A stretch of DNA of 51,172 nt from Girardia tigrina. Taxonomy: Eukaryota. Positions 11,790 to 25,559 of this stretch are shown piece after piece. The position numbers and the translations under genes were made by a program. Location: positions 6,862 through 58,033 of the forward strand of contig MQRK01237787.1 of NCBI GenBank assembly GCA_001938485.1, given 5' to 3'. Each line of letters begins with the position of its first letter. The stretch's first letter is position 1. The notes under the pieces were generated by a model. That model made no database searches and was not told the origin of the DNA. It worked only from the letters and a program-made list of their open reading frames with translations.

Positions 11790-12210
11790 AGCAGACAAAT
11801 GCGCACAAAAATAATTTTTATATTTATGAATTTATACATTTTTAAATTTACATTTCAAAAATATTTTTAGTAATAACAAATTAATGATAAACTAGTAAAT
11901 CAAAAAAAACATTTTAATATCCATTCTTTATGCAGACAGAACTCTGCTTGGCCAACAGAATTTTTTTTGAACAAATTTTTACATAATCATTTATTGACAT
12001 AAAAAATGAGTAAGAATGCAAAGTTTGGAGAAAATTGATTGAGTAAAAAGCCTTCAAAAATATTTTTCTAAATTCAATGGATACATATATATAGAAAGTA
12101 AGCTAATAGAAAGAATTGATAAATCAACATATTTTCAAAAAAATTTATTAAATTTATTTTAGCGCATTTGTCGTGCGTCCACTTGTCGCCGCTTATTTGT
12201 TGGGTCACGT
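11790..12210. mobile_element. possible non-autonomous TIR element remnant (MULE-like)
   Basis: Inverted motifs GACAAATGCGC (~11793) and GCGCATTTGTC (~12162), followed by CACTTGTCG-type subterminal repeats. Confidence 0.3.
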
Positions 12211-13391
12211 ACACATAAATATGTATATTTTAGTTCCAAACCCAATTAGAACAAAAATACTTTGTATTTGACAAAAAGAAGTTCACGAACAGTTTACAAA
12301 AATTCTCTATAAATTTAACATTTTTTAATTCATTCTTTAATAATAAATTATTTCAACATTCCTCAGTAAATGTTAGGAAAAACGAAATTATATGTTAAAA
12401 TATATTTTTGTTACGAATATTAGATTTGTGCGCTATTACACATTTATTATTTAAACAGGTTTCCAATATGAAATATTTGGTATATGTTTAAGAAAGGTAA
12501 CTAATTTAAGGTATTAATTAGTGAGCCTCCTTAAACTGATTAAATATAAATAAAACGAATAATATAACTAATAATTTAATTGAAGAATATTTAACTCCAA
12601 AAACAATTAGAAAGAGTCAAAGGAAATAGAGTTGATGACATAAAAAAGGAAAGACGTTATTAGTAATAGAAGAATTCGATCGAATCGAAGAATTGGTTTG
12701 CCGTTGCAACTTAAGAAAAGGAATTACATATTATAAATTTATAAATATAAAAAGGAATTAAAAACTTTAACCAATATTTTTAGTTAAAATATATAACTAA
12801 TCCCGTATTAATCCAAAATTCAAAATTTTAATCGACAAAATTTATTTAAATTTCATATGGAGAATTTCAATAAGAACATTCTTGAACTATATATAATAAA
12901 TATTTTTTCGTTTAATTTAAATAATTTAATGCAATTAAGTTTATTTAATTTATTTTTTGTTATCTAATTATTAATTATATCTATTTCATCCATTTACACG
13001 ATAAATAAAAATAGTTCATAATGTATTTACATCATTGTGTACCCATCTCCACGCAACTTTTATTTAATGCTTCATTTATTTTCAAAATTTCAATTTTAAT
13101 TTTCTTCAATTACCAAATCGAGTTTCCGATGGTATATAACTAAATTTTTACTAATTTTTACTATTTTTTTATATTTTATGTCCTCTTATTAGATTACTTA
13201 GGTAATAAAAAGTATCTATTTAGGACAAAAAACATTTTTTGATAATTTTTAAAATACTTTTTATTTAATAGAAATTTTTCTTTTAGGAACACTAATTTAT
13301 TGATTGAAATATTGTCAATCAAGATGTGGAAATTCTGACCTACAAATATTGTCTCCACAAAGATGTAAGAAATGATCCAACCTTTTGTGAA

Positions 13392-13686
13392 TGTGAGGGT
13401 TGCATGTGAATGATGTATTATACGATGAAATGTTGAGTGCTGAGTAAGTTCTCTCTCAAAAAAACAATTACCAACCGTTAACTAATTAAAATTAAATTAC
13501 AAAAACAAATTCGATTATAATTAACAAAAGTTGAATTCATTTAGAAAAATATTAAATTACATAATTTGTTTTAATATTATTTTAAATTTTATTGAGTTAT
13601 TTTAAAATTTATTGATGCAGAAGAAAATTAATGAATTTTTGTGTTGAATAAATCGTTTGGAAATTGTATTCCATCTTCTCCCAACA
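13392..13686 (+). mobile_element. solo LTR, diverged copy C
   Basis: TGTGAGGG...CCCAACA with TSD GTGAA/ATGAA (one mismatch). AATAAA lies 34 nt from the end and the small ORF is disrupted. Confidence 0.7.
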
Positions 13687-15049
13687 ATGAAAAATCTTCA
13701 TGGCAGGTGCTGATGATCATAGTAAAGATTTTCTGTTAATGTACTTTATAGAAAAATGGTATTTCTTTTTTTTTGATTTGACGATTCTGGATATATATTT
13801 TTTTGATATCTCAACACTAGCAGTAGTGATATCACTAGCAGTAGCAAGTAATTCAAAAATATTTTTATTTTTATTTTAATTTATAAGATAAAGCCGATTT
13901 GTGTGAACCTTATAGGTTAGTTTACTCGTAGAAATAATAATTATATTTATGTCCAAATAATATTATCTTAAATGGGGATCGCTTTATTTTCATAAATGTA
14001 TTTATGATTGAAAGAACCATCTGTTCCTTGGCGTCACATCACAAAACATTTGAATTTATTAAAAATTATGTTTAACTTTTTATCCACTGAGGGTATTTAT
14101 TAGTACCAGTCACCACAGTACAACAACAATTGCTTATAAATATCTTCTTATGGTACTTTTAGAAATAGTCTTTTAACTCTACTTATTCATGATAGACGGG
14201 AGAAGTTGTTCTAGACTGATGAATTTTGCGAGGAAGAAAATAACTAAAACAATATATTTATGAAGAAATTTTAAGCAGTTGAAAATGCATTAGATAACTG
14301 GTTAAATCAAATTCTTCTTGAAATTTTGTTTTTCAAAAACCTTAAAAAATATATAACATAAATTTTTAATTTATAAGAACATACTATCTCAAATTACTAA
14401 AGAGTCATTATCACATTCTTATAATATACAAAATATAAACATTAATTACAAGTAAATAATTAAAAATAATTTATAAATTTAATATTTGTTTATAAATAAT
14501 ATTTATTATAGAAATTATATTTCTTTCCTATTTATACTATAAATATTTTCATCATAATAATCAATTATTTAATTAATTGATTAATACCTCAGAAAATATA
14601 GAAGAAATAAGTACCTCAAATTTATATCAAAAATATTTTATTTAATATAATTAATTTTAATTAATTTTCTAAAAATTAATAATAATCAAGTTAAGCATTC
14701 TCTAAAAATATAAAATAGAATTTTAAATTAAAAAGCATTTCTTAATGATAAAATATTGAAAATTAATAAATTTTATAAATTAAGTCTGAGTTTAAATTTT
14801 TAAGTCAATTTGAAATTGCTTTAATATTTGTTACTAAAGTCAAACTATTTCAAACCTGTGCTCAAAATTTAATTTGTGTACTTGGCGCAGATTTACTGCG
14901 GTGGAGGCCCTTGTTACTCATTATTATCCAATAAGTTTTGAGTAAATATTTTAATAAAATATTTATTTCTCCATTTACTAAAAAAATAAAAAAAATAATT
15001 TATTATTATTTGTTTGAATAATAAGACGCTAAAGAATATTATTAAAGAT

Positions 15050-15161
15050 TATCAATCAAGAATGATGACGAGCTACACAAGTTTTACGGAGAATTGTTTT
15101 AGTGGTAATTCAAATTGTGATATTAATAAATGTAAAGAAAACTCAATTAATGTTCTTAATA
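15050..15161 (+). mobile_element. LTR family 3' fragment (copy D)
   Basis: ATCAAGA-ATG 15062 (MMTSYTSFTENCFSGNSNCDINKCKENSINVLN); AATAAA 31 nt before the end CTTAATA. Confidence 0.7.
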
Positions 15162-18100
15162 ACTATAATTAAATTACATTTAAATAATTTAAATTACGCT
15201 GCTAACAGTGTTTGTTTATTATAGAATTAGGTGGCTATGGCCTGCGAGCAGGGTATGGTTTGCTGTGGTAGAGGCCCCGGTTCTACCAAACTGGTTGAAC
15301 ACCCTTAAAATTGGCCAATACAAAATATTCAAATTGCTAAATTAAGTATAGCTGTTTTATTACTATAAACGCACTTATAAAGACCTATTAAGAACTTTTT
15401 TGAAGTTAAATTTTATTTTCAAGCATGTATTGTAGCATTTCAAAAATATTTTTTATTGCGCATTGTGGGCCATAATTCACCGTGGAATACCAATTAAAAA
15501 AATAATTTATTCTTTAATTCTATTTCATTTTCAATTATTTTATTACAATTGCTTTTATTATCGCTATGAAAATCACATAGTACGAATTTGTGAAAACCCC
15601 AGAATCTGTGTTTGGGAAATCGTGACATAAATTATTTATAATATTCATTTAATCATTGTTTAATAAACATTCTTTACTTTGTTTTAGAGAACATCTTTTG
15701 AGACATATCCATAACTTGTAAATAAGTGGAGTGAACTCTTAAAGATTGTTAGGCAACCACAATACAAAATCAACAATCAACTGGGAAACTAACTGAAATG
15801 TACGTTTATTTGATACACAATTTGGAGCTTTTTGTTATCTTAATAAAATATGTTTCGAAATTTAAATAAATTTTATTTAGATTTTTGATTTCTCTATTTA
15901 TATTCAAATGTCCCTGTAGTTGTCACGTTTATAAGATTAATTTAAAAAATTAATTTCTATATAATTATTTATACATATAACTTAAATATTAAAATCACTA
16001 TATAATTTATTTATAGAAAAAACTAATGATAAATTATGTAAACATTGTTTTTGTGTTGTATAATAAAGTTTTTATGGCTGAAGTAAATCTTAATAATAAT
16101 TCCGAGGATGTTCCAAGAACCTCTAATATCAAGTATTCAATTATATTGTTTGAAGACACAAATCGTGTTATTGAAATGTTTACCACTTATCTAAATTTCT
16201 TTCTGCATTTATATATATACTAATTAATTAATTAATTAATATATATTAATTAATTAATTATATATTGTAAGTAATTATATAAAAAAATAATTAAATGTTA
16301 AAAAAATTAAAATAAAAAAATAATTAGATTGAATAATTCGAATGGTTTGAGTTCTGATCATTTTTAAACTCGAACAAAGACGTCTTTGTTCGGGTTATTG
16401 TCGGTAATTTTCGTGATAATTGATGCCATTGATGATTCATCAAGAGTCAATATGGAATGATCGAACTTTGCTGGCGTGTTGGTCAGTTTTGGTTTAGAAA
16501 ACGCTTTGAATCAAATATTTAACCAACCATAGCGAGCTTCGTATCAAATAAATTTGTTAATAATTGTAAAATTACTTTTAAAAAATTAATCGAGTTACAA
16601 ATTGTCTATATTTTTTAAACTAATTTAACGAATTGTCTTATTTTTTTGAAAATTAATTTATTATTTATCGTCTGAATTTTAAGGAATTTAGTATATTGAG
16701 CGAAATGAATTTTTTTAAATAAATTTTAAAGTTACAGATTTTTTAACGAATAAAATTTACTATTTTTAAATTTACTTTTCAAATTTGTATATCGAATTTT
16801 CCGTTTCATTTATAATCGAACGAAATTTTTTGTATCTGATTGACAATTAACTAATTTATTTAAATTTCATTTTGAAAAATATTTAATATTTTAAAAACGA
16901 CTTATCAATAAATAAAAAACTCACAAATGAGCCGTGTATAGATATCATGACTTTGCTACCCCCGTCAGTCTCTAGGGCAACAATAATTTATTAAAAATTT
17001 AATAACATGTAATTATTTTTTGAGAACCTTTCTTAATGTGTCAATAAATGACCATAAATCCATTATGATAACTATTGTTATCAGAAAGCTTAAAACTAGG
17101 AATTTATACAATAAAAAGTTTATTTTTCTTCATCTATATCTTCACCTAATTTTTGATATAAAAATTTGTTTCAAACAGAAAACTTATACAATCAATAGAA
17201 GAAATATTATTAATTAGACGTCACGTATCAGAAATTCATGAAATATTAATTATCCTTTTCGCTGCAGTTCGCCGTTCAGTACATTCAAAGTAACCTGACT
17301 CGGCATACTTTCTGACTTTCTTTCTACATAATCTAATTAAATAATTTTGTATTAATTCAATTGTCTTCATATTAAAATTCATCGTTAGGAATTAAAAAAT
17401 AAAATTTTTAAATTAATTTCATAAACGAATAAAAATATAATAAATATAATGATAATATTTTATTATTAAAGATTATGAAACAATTTTTGTAGAAATGTAT
17501 TTAGCTTTCATTACTACTAAGTAAAACAACATTTTAGAGCTAAATTTCCGTCGTAAACAATCAACTTACCGAGAAGTTAAAAACAGTTTCAACACAAGAC
17601 TATTGTTTCAAATTATCGAAAGTTTTTTAATGACGAATTAAGTCAGAGGTTGTACTGAAAATCGCACTGAAAGAAAGATTTGATCTCTTTGTTAAGAATA
17701 AAATTTTTAAGGAAAACGATTTTTTTGGTAATTGAAAATAAATCTAATAATTTGAATATTACGATTAAAACACTGTTGATAATGTCTTTGAATTGTTACA
17801 AATATGAAAGAATCTTTTTAAAATGTGCCTTAACGGCAGTTCTCTGGCGCCACTCAGAGACTGTCCAAACACGAATATTAGCTCGAATTTTAAAAGTTGG
17901 GCTCAATTGTCTGGACAAACTGTGCCTAACTCCAATTTGCAAGTCTAACAATGTCATTCTCTTGCAAAGGATTTTCTATTAAATATTTAATTGTACCTAG
18001 ATTTAATTGTAATATACTATTACATATGTAAACTGTAGTGGTCATAAATATATTTTTTTAAAAAAAAATAAAAGAAAACTAAAAGTGAATATTTGTGTGG

Positions 18101-20419
18101 TTCCTGGTAACGTGAGTCTGGAGAGTTTAATATGTATTTCTTTTTTTTGATCTCGGTTGGTGAAATAAATTTTATAGCTTTTGTAAAAATAGAGATTTGG
18201 GCGTGTTGTCAAATCTCTATTTTTACTATAAAATAAAAACAGTTAACTAAACTAAACCAGTCTAACTCAATGCTTATCACGGAATTGAGTTAGGCTAATT
18301 TAACGACAGTGAAAATAAAATCATTAACATCAAGAAATAACCAAATAACGAGAAAAAACTCTTTAATTCATAAAAAACCTGCATAAGATACAATCAGCGG
18401 TAATTAAGTTCATAGTTAAAAGTTTTTATAGTCATAATATTTTTGATCGAATTTAGTATTGATCCAATTTTTTTGTATTATTATTATTATTATTACTTCT
18501 CAAATGCCTACACAACCGATTGACGATTTATTACATAAACTAAAGGAAAACCAATTGAATTTTTCATTTTATAATAAATCCGTTTTATTATTTTGGCTGA
18601 ATTAAAAAACGAAATAAATGTTATTTGAAAAACTATAAAAAAAGCAAAATTTATCCCTGATACGAACATTAACGAAATGATATCGGAAATAACGTTCGCT
18701 GTGACATATATCGTTTCACCGTTATATTCGAATTTACCGAGACGTCGAGTCGACGATTTTGTGATAGAATTGAACAATCTTTTGAAATTGAAAAATAAAA
18801 TTAAATACATAAATATAAAAAACACTAGAGATCAAGTCTGAAATAAAAAACAAGGTCTAGCACACTCACGCAGCAAAAAGAAATAACAGACAAATACATT
18901 CGGCAAATGAACACACCATACGACCGAAAACTATACGATGGACAAAGACAATTATGTACGTCCCAAACACATCGTATGCAGACACAGTAAAAAAAATGAA
19001 ATCCAGTGCAATTAATTCATCAAAAATGAAGTATCACAGCTTTCATTTGTAATTATGATTGTGTAGCTCATTTATTTTAGTTGTTAGCATTATTTTGTTC
19101 AATTTTTTTATTTGTCTTTTTGAAAAGATGATTTATTATTTTTTTAGTGTTTGGTAAGGAGTAAAACTAAAGATTAAAGAAAGAAAAAAATAAACAAAAG
19201 AATGAAAAGCAGTTAATTAATTATATAATATGTCAAGTTATTAGTGATAAATTAGAAGAAATAAAATAAATTCAAATCTCTTTGTTAAGAATAAAATTTT
19301 TAAAAAAACGATTTTTTTCGTTATTGAAAATAAATCTAATAATTTGAATTTTACGATTAAAACACTGTTGATAATGGCTTTAAAAAATCGATAATCTAAT
19401 TAATATCCCAGTGGGATATTCATAATTACAATTACAATTAAAAATTATATTGCGGATTGCATACTGCCATTCGGGCATTTGTATTTTTTATCTCGAATAA
19501 AACAATTACCCTACTGATCAAAGTGATTTTACAAATCTGGTACTACATATTACTGTCCCATTAAAGAATGAAGGAGAAAATAAAGAGAAAACTTTATTTG
19601 TTCTTACAAAATGTACGAAGGTTCATTTCAGATCAAGTACTCCTTCTGAATTTGTTTATTACCACTTACCTGACGTATAAATAGATTTGACTGATAATAT
19701 TATTCTGGTGTCAACTCTTGTTATTATTATTATCATTATTATTATTATTTGGTGAATAGGAAGATCCTAATAAGTACTTTTAATTGTTTGATATTAAAAT
19801 TTCACTGGTTTGAGTGTTGATACGATGGTTTTTTTAATCGGTCGCGTTAAATTTAAAATACATTATTTATTAACTTCCACAAGTACTCATTCATGTTGAT
19901 CTTTCAAAGCAGCGTAAAGTTAGAGAGAGAATTCTCTGATTAACTTTGATTTTAAAGAATTCATCAAAGAATGTTTTCTACCTCAACTTGAGCTTATTTA
20001 TTTGATTTAATATTTCAATAAAGTTATATTTCCCTCTCGTGACATCTAGTTTTATCTAGTTTTGTTAAAGTTTACTAGTTCCACCATTGAATATAATTGC
20101 AAAACGCCTAATAATCACATTATAACAGTCGATAACCTTTCCAAAACATAAGCAAAGGAGACAATGACTCTAACTTTACAACAACTGAATATCTACAGTC
20201 TAGCTTTATATTTTTAATCATATTTTTATCAAAGTTTGAATTTCGACTTGATGGCAAAATTTTTTTATTTATCATTATGAAAATTTCTAAAATTTAAAAG
20301 TGTTAATATGAATTCTAAAATAAATAAGAAAGTTTTGCGCCAAGTGAAAAAATTGTCTTGTGATTAAGAAAATTAACTAGACAAAAAGTGTTGTAAAAGA
20401 GAATTTGTTGCAATAAACA

Positions 20420-20845
20420 TTTCGGACTTTCGTATTTTAAATAAAATGAGTGTTCCAATTTATAAATTAGATTTATGTGACAATTATTTATCATTCGAAA
20501 AAAAGAATAAAGTTTATAAGAGACTGCCTATTAAGATGGAGGTGATGTTTTTTTCCGAGTAATGTTATTGACTGTGTCGGTGAGGGATTCCACAACCTTT
20601 TCTTTCCCGAATTTCAAAAAGGTTTCATTTCTCCTTTGTTTTCAAAGTATTTCTGACTTTTGATATTAGATGAATTTAGTATATTAGAATCAAAGCAAAG
20701 TATGTGCTGACAAAATAGTTGATATAAAAATTATAACAAAATGGATATACTGCCGGCAAGGATTATATAATCAAGACGTCATCATCATACGTTCTTAACC
20801 ATTACCTCCAACTTTGGCTTCAATTTTTCTTTCGAGCGTTGAAGA
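20420..20845 (+). pseudogene. decayed Penelope-like reverse transcriptase fragment
   Basis: YNQDVIIIRS*PLPPTLASIFLSSVE (~20765-20840) resembles the PLE motif YxQxxGxxMGSPLSPxLANIFMxxLE. May be the upstream part of the PLE at 22226. Confidence 0.4.
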
Positions 20846-21538
20846 TGTAAGGATTTGACGAATTAATAAATTTTTGAATATTTAAAATTAAAAATATCTA
20901 AAATATTTAAAATCAGAATTTTATTGAGAAGAATTTTTATAATTAAAACATCTTTTTTAAATCATTAATTAAAATTAATTTTTAAAAAGTTATCAGAAAT
21001 TTTTTTATAATACAATTTTTAAGTGAAAATACTTTCTAAATAATTTTAAAGTTGATTTTTTTTAAAATAAAAGTTATTCAAAATTTTTATTGAGCAGAAT
21101 TTTATAAGATAAGATATTTTCTAAATAACTTTAAAAATGAAATTTTAAAAAATTAGTTGTTTAATAATTCAAGTTAAATTAAAGAAAAACTAGAAAATTT
21201 AAAAACGAAGTAAAATGAAATAATATAACTCTATAATATATATTGCAAAACAGACATACAGAGAGTTTATGAAAAGTAAATAATAAATAATAAACCCGTA
21301 ACCCAAACAACATTTCCAAAATGTCACTGAAAATTTATAAAATATGGGAGAAACTCTGTACTAATAATAAAATAATAATTATTTAATTATAATTAAATAA
21401 AGTTAAAGCATTCAATATTTATAAATAAACACATTCACATTTTGATTCAATAAATTTTTTCAATTTTTATTAACTGTAAATGTTTGGTTGGATTTTCGAC
21501 ATTGTAAGTCTCTTCTTTTATTTTGCAACACTGAGAGT

Positions 21539-22172
21539 TCAAATGAATGATAGTAACTTTGCTATTTTCCCGAATGGAAATTGTATACATTTCAATAATG
21601 TTTCAGTTGATAGACCAACCATTATGATACTTTCATCGTTCGTGTCCATTAGATCAGCCATTTCTTTTCTTAATAAATTAATAGTTTCTAAAATATATAC
21701 TTTAATCCAATCCTTAAAATTGTGTGGCCCATAAGAATCCAAAATTAATAAAATTGACTGGCGAAGAATATTAGTTTCTGGTCTTGACATTATTATATTT
21801 AAAATATATTGATTTAATGTATCTATGATCCATATTTTCCTGTTATTTACTTCAACAATACACCCACTGTAAACTTTAAGATTTATTTTTAAGTTTGAAA
21901 ATAACAAATGGAGCTTTAAAATTTTTCCATCACCCGAGATTGTAAAACTTACCGTAAATTTTTTATGTGAACTTCCGGTTTTTCTTATAAAATTTTATTT
22001 TTATCAAATGATTGAACCGGCTTATTAAACTTTAACCTTGTATTTTAAAATTTTAAACATGTATTTCAATAGCCATAAATATTAGTAATAAATTCTTAAA
22101 AATTTTTTGATAAATAATTGAGTTTCTCTCAAATATTGCACCCTGAGCTCTTTATTCGAATTATGCGCCCAG
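21539..22172 (-). mobile_element. pogo/Tigger-type (DDE_1) transposase relic
   Basis: TGSSHKKFTVSFTISGDGKILKLHLLF...SILLILDSYGPH; putative TIR ending in TA near 22170. Confidence 0.75.
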
Positions 22173-22225
22173 TATGTGTACTATTCAAACACAATGCCTA
22201 GGCGTTTTTTTGAGGTAAGACGGTA

Positions 22226-23030
22226 GCGTTTAAACGCTATGTTAATGACATTTTGATTTTTAAAAATGAGAATGATATCACTCCATTTTTAAATTATATC
22301 AATTCTTGGCATGCAAATGTTAAGTTCGCTATGGATACCAAGAATGAAAATAAATTATCATTTCTAGATTTCTTAATTGAGAGACAGAATGGTTTTTATG
22401 GTATTGAGATTTGTAGAAAGAAAACTGATACAGATTTGTATACAAATCCGAACAGTTTCTATAAACCTAAATATCGTAGAAATATGAACAAAAGCCTTAA
22501 TTTTCGTTCATCCACATATAAACGATGTGATGAAAATGTGAATAAATTAACAAAATTACTATATGAAATGGATTTTCAAAATCAATGGTTGATAAACTAA
22601 CGAACGAAACTGTTCATAAATTATTTGAAAAAAATAGTAACAATAAACGTACAGATCTTCAAGATCAATATCAATATGTATTGTTGAAGTAAATAACAGG
22701 AGAATGTGGATCATAGATACATTAAATCAATATATTTTAAATATAATAATGTCAAGACCAGAAACTAATATTCTTCGCAAGTCAATTTTATTAATTTTGG
22801 ATTTTAATGGGCCACACAATTTTAAGAAGCCACACAATATATGAGATCTTTGGATCCTAAAATTAACTTTCAAAATGCACTCTCGACAACTTTATTGAGG
22901 GTTTTTAAATGATTTATTGATGACGTATTGATTGCACAATCATTACCGGCATTAAATATAAATACTTATATTTTTTAAAATCAGTTGTTCTGAAGATGAC
23001 GGTTGATCCGTCGAAACTATTAAACAGTTA
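22226..23030 (+). mobile_element. Penelope-like element 3' part with internal rearrangement
   Basis: KRYVND (YVDD-like) and LNYINSWHANVKFAMDTKNENKLSFLDFLI..RKKTDTDLY (PLE RT C-terminal region). The C-terminus YMRSLDPKINFQNALSTTLLRVFK* is homologous to ORF 10131-10703. The GIY-YIG core is replaced by pogo-derived DNA. Confidence 0.85.
22983..23029 (+). ncRNA. minimal type-I hammerhead ribozyme (intact core)
   Basis: AGUUGUU-CUGAAGA-U-GACGG-UUGAU-CCGUC-GAAA-CUAU-UA-AACAGUU; stem I has 7 bp including G-U pairs. Confidence 0.8.
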
Positions 23031-23934
23031 AAAGCATTTTAATTAGCTTGTTAATTTTAATTTAAATGATTTTTTATTTTTTCAAGTTTATATATAATAT
23101 TTTATTGATATTTATGTAAAACCTCTTTTTTGTATACAATTCATTTTACGAGGGTACATAAAACGGAAAATTTTATTCTACCACCTTGAAATTTAAAATT
23201 AAACGGTAAAAATTTGATAATAAAAATTATACTTTATAAAAAAATTATTTATTATCAAAAATAAAAATTTTAAAATAAATCATAATTTTAATGTTTCTTT
23301 CAACAGAAAAGTGATTAGAAAAATGAAAAAAAAGATTTTTTTATAAAATTATATGAAAAAACAGTTTCTAAAAACTGTAGCGCAAATATTCCCAATTGAA
23401 ATCTGACAGATGTCTTTCTATTATCTCCGAGACAAAAAGAAAATTAGTTTGGTAAGAAAAGAAAAATTATTTTTAATGTAAGAAAGATATTTCAATTAAA
23501 AAGAGAAAAAAACAATATTTCCATACCATATTTATAAAAAAATCATTTAAAGAAAAATAGAAGAAAGAAATAAAATATTCAGATAAAAAACTGCAAATTT
23601 TGCATTCTGTTGCTTTTGTCTGGTATCGACCTTTAATGTTTCGTACGAAAGGGTAACACATGGTGTTCTAATTTTCTTTTCTACATTTTTATAAATGAAA
23701 GAAATTATATATTATTGCTTGTTTTATAGTTTTCTTCAATAAGTTATTCTTACAAAAGAGTGTTCTAAATAACTTTAAAAAAGAGAAGACAATTTGAATA
23801 AATACTTATTACTCGGTATACATGTTGCAGGTGCAAATGGAATGAGAATTTCAATACGTGAAAATAATAAAATATATTTTAAAATGTGTATAATAAAATA
23901 AAGAGACTAAAATATAATATATAGTGATATAATG

Positions 23935-23952
23935 ATATATATATTTATATAT

Positions 23953-24000
<48 letters not shown>
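23935..24000. repeat. (AT)n microsatellite
   Basis: Long, slightly interrupted TA dinucleotide run. Confidence 0.95.
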
Positions 24001-24001
<1 letters not shown>

Positions 24002-24148
24002 TTATATAATATATAATGATAGAAAATTGTAAAAAAAATCATTTTAATATTTAAGTAAATTAATATTTAATCATTATCATTATTGTTCTTTGATTTGGTT
24101 TTTGTACAAACAGTTTGTGAAGTATTTAATTTATCTTTAATTTAAATA

Positions 24149-24590
24149 CAGGTAGTCACCGACTTACGACTTATGCAACTTACGACCATTCGACTTTACG
24201 ACCACAATCGCTAGCCGCGGTGTACGACAGTGCATACCAGGTTCCGGTAGCACTACCATATATACGTGTACCATTTCAACTGTATCTGGTCTGCAGACAC
24301 TCCAGGCACCTCATGAGTTGTTTACAAGTAAAAAAATGAATTTATTTATTATAATCATTATAAATTAAATATTAATTACTTACTTACTGAAATGTTTCAT
24401 ACATGTCTATATATTTGTATATGTTATGTTTTGCAATTGTTAAAATGTTTCCTATTGTATTTTTTAAACCTGTATTTTGTAATTTTGTATGTTTTGCAAA
24501 TATTAAACCAGTTGTACCAGTTGCACAGTACTGTACATATAGCCTACTCAACTTACGACCGAATCGTGGTCGTAAGTCGACGACTACTTG
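24149..24590. mobile_element. Tigger/pogo-type MITE, 442 bp
   Basis: TIRs CAGGTAGTCACCGACTTACGAC and GTCGTAAGTCGACGACTACTTG, TA on both sides, internal ACTTACGAC repeats. Confidence 0.92.
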
Positions 24591-25559
24591 TACTCCTACT
24601 AATGATATTTATCTGAATGTTTTCTGTAATTCAAGTCCTAAGATAGTGGAATTTATTTCAAAAGCACAAGATATCACCTTTTTTAAAAGTAAAATTTTAT
24701 ATATTGTTGTTATTATAAAGTGCTCTAAGTATTAATTTATATAAATAATATTAATATAGATCTTAATTATTAGAGAATGAACGTAAAAAGAATTTTGTGC
24801 GTTCAAATAATATTTACACGAAAGGAAATGGGGTAAATTGACTGAGTAAGAAAGATAAGTCAGAGATTTTATTTTTTCGTTATAAAACAACAAACCTCTA
24901 CATGTTTACTTATCAATATAAAAACAGTTTCTTCTCACATACTTTGGAAGACTATGATAATTTTTGCATTTTCCAGAAGCAGTCTCATTGATGAAGCTTT
25001 TTTTTCTACATACAGATTATATAGCAGCAATGAATGAGGCATGAAATTCTCTACTAATTTTGATTATTTTTTTCAGCAAATTCCAGTTAAATGAGGCCAA
25101 GCATATTCAAAAACACAGTGCCATAAGTCATATCTGATGGCTTGTTTTTGACTTTATGTCCAGGACTGCTTGTACGAAAGAGCATCCAAATGTTTCGTGG
25201 AAAATTAAAACTGAATACATGGAAAATGATATATTAACATATAAGTGATCATCAGAATCATTGTCAAATTTCTCAATAAAGTAACTTCGTATGCGGACTC
25301 ACTTTTCCCATCGTTTTTTTGGATTTCAAATGTCCCTATTGAATAAGTCTTTAGGTACATCATTTATACACTTTTTATGGTTTCCCGATCAACATCGTAG
25401 AAGTGGTGACCTCGTTGTGGCTGCTTGGGTGCTGAAAGTAGGTTGTTAACGATTGGTACGAGGTTTGGCGAATTCATGACATGAGAGAATAATTGGTATA
25501 CCAGTCAGTGTCGAAGTATGGGTAATTTCCCACAACGTTGTTTTCAGAGCTTGACGATG

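Noticed and set aside
13320-13740. Helitron Rep-like fragment (..AGADDHSKDFL..) around solo LTR C
   Set aside because: Similarity is too short and requires frameshifts.
19660-19860. Possible host exon on the minus strand ending in CAG|GTAAGT with an Asn-rich tract
   Set aside because: The frames I translated contain stops, and I found no partner exon or recognisable domain.
23851-24042. 63-aa ORF rich in Y/I
   Set aside because: It is a translation of the (AT)n microsatellite.
24392-24735. Two overlapping ORFs
   Set aside because: They are chance frames in and beside the Tigger-type MITE, with no recognisable domain.
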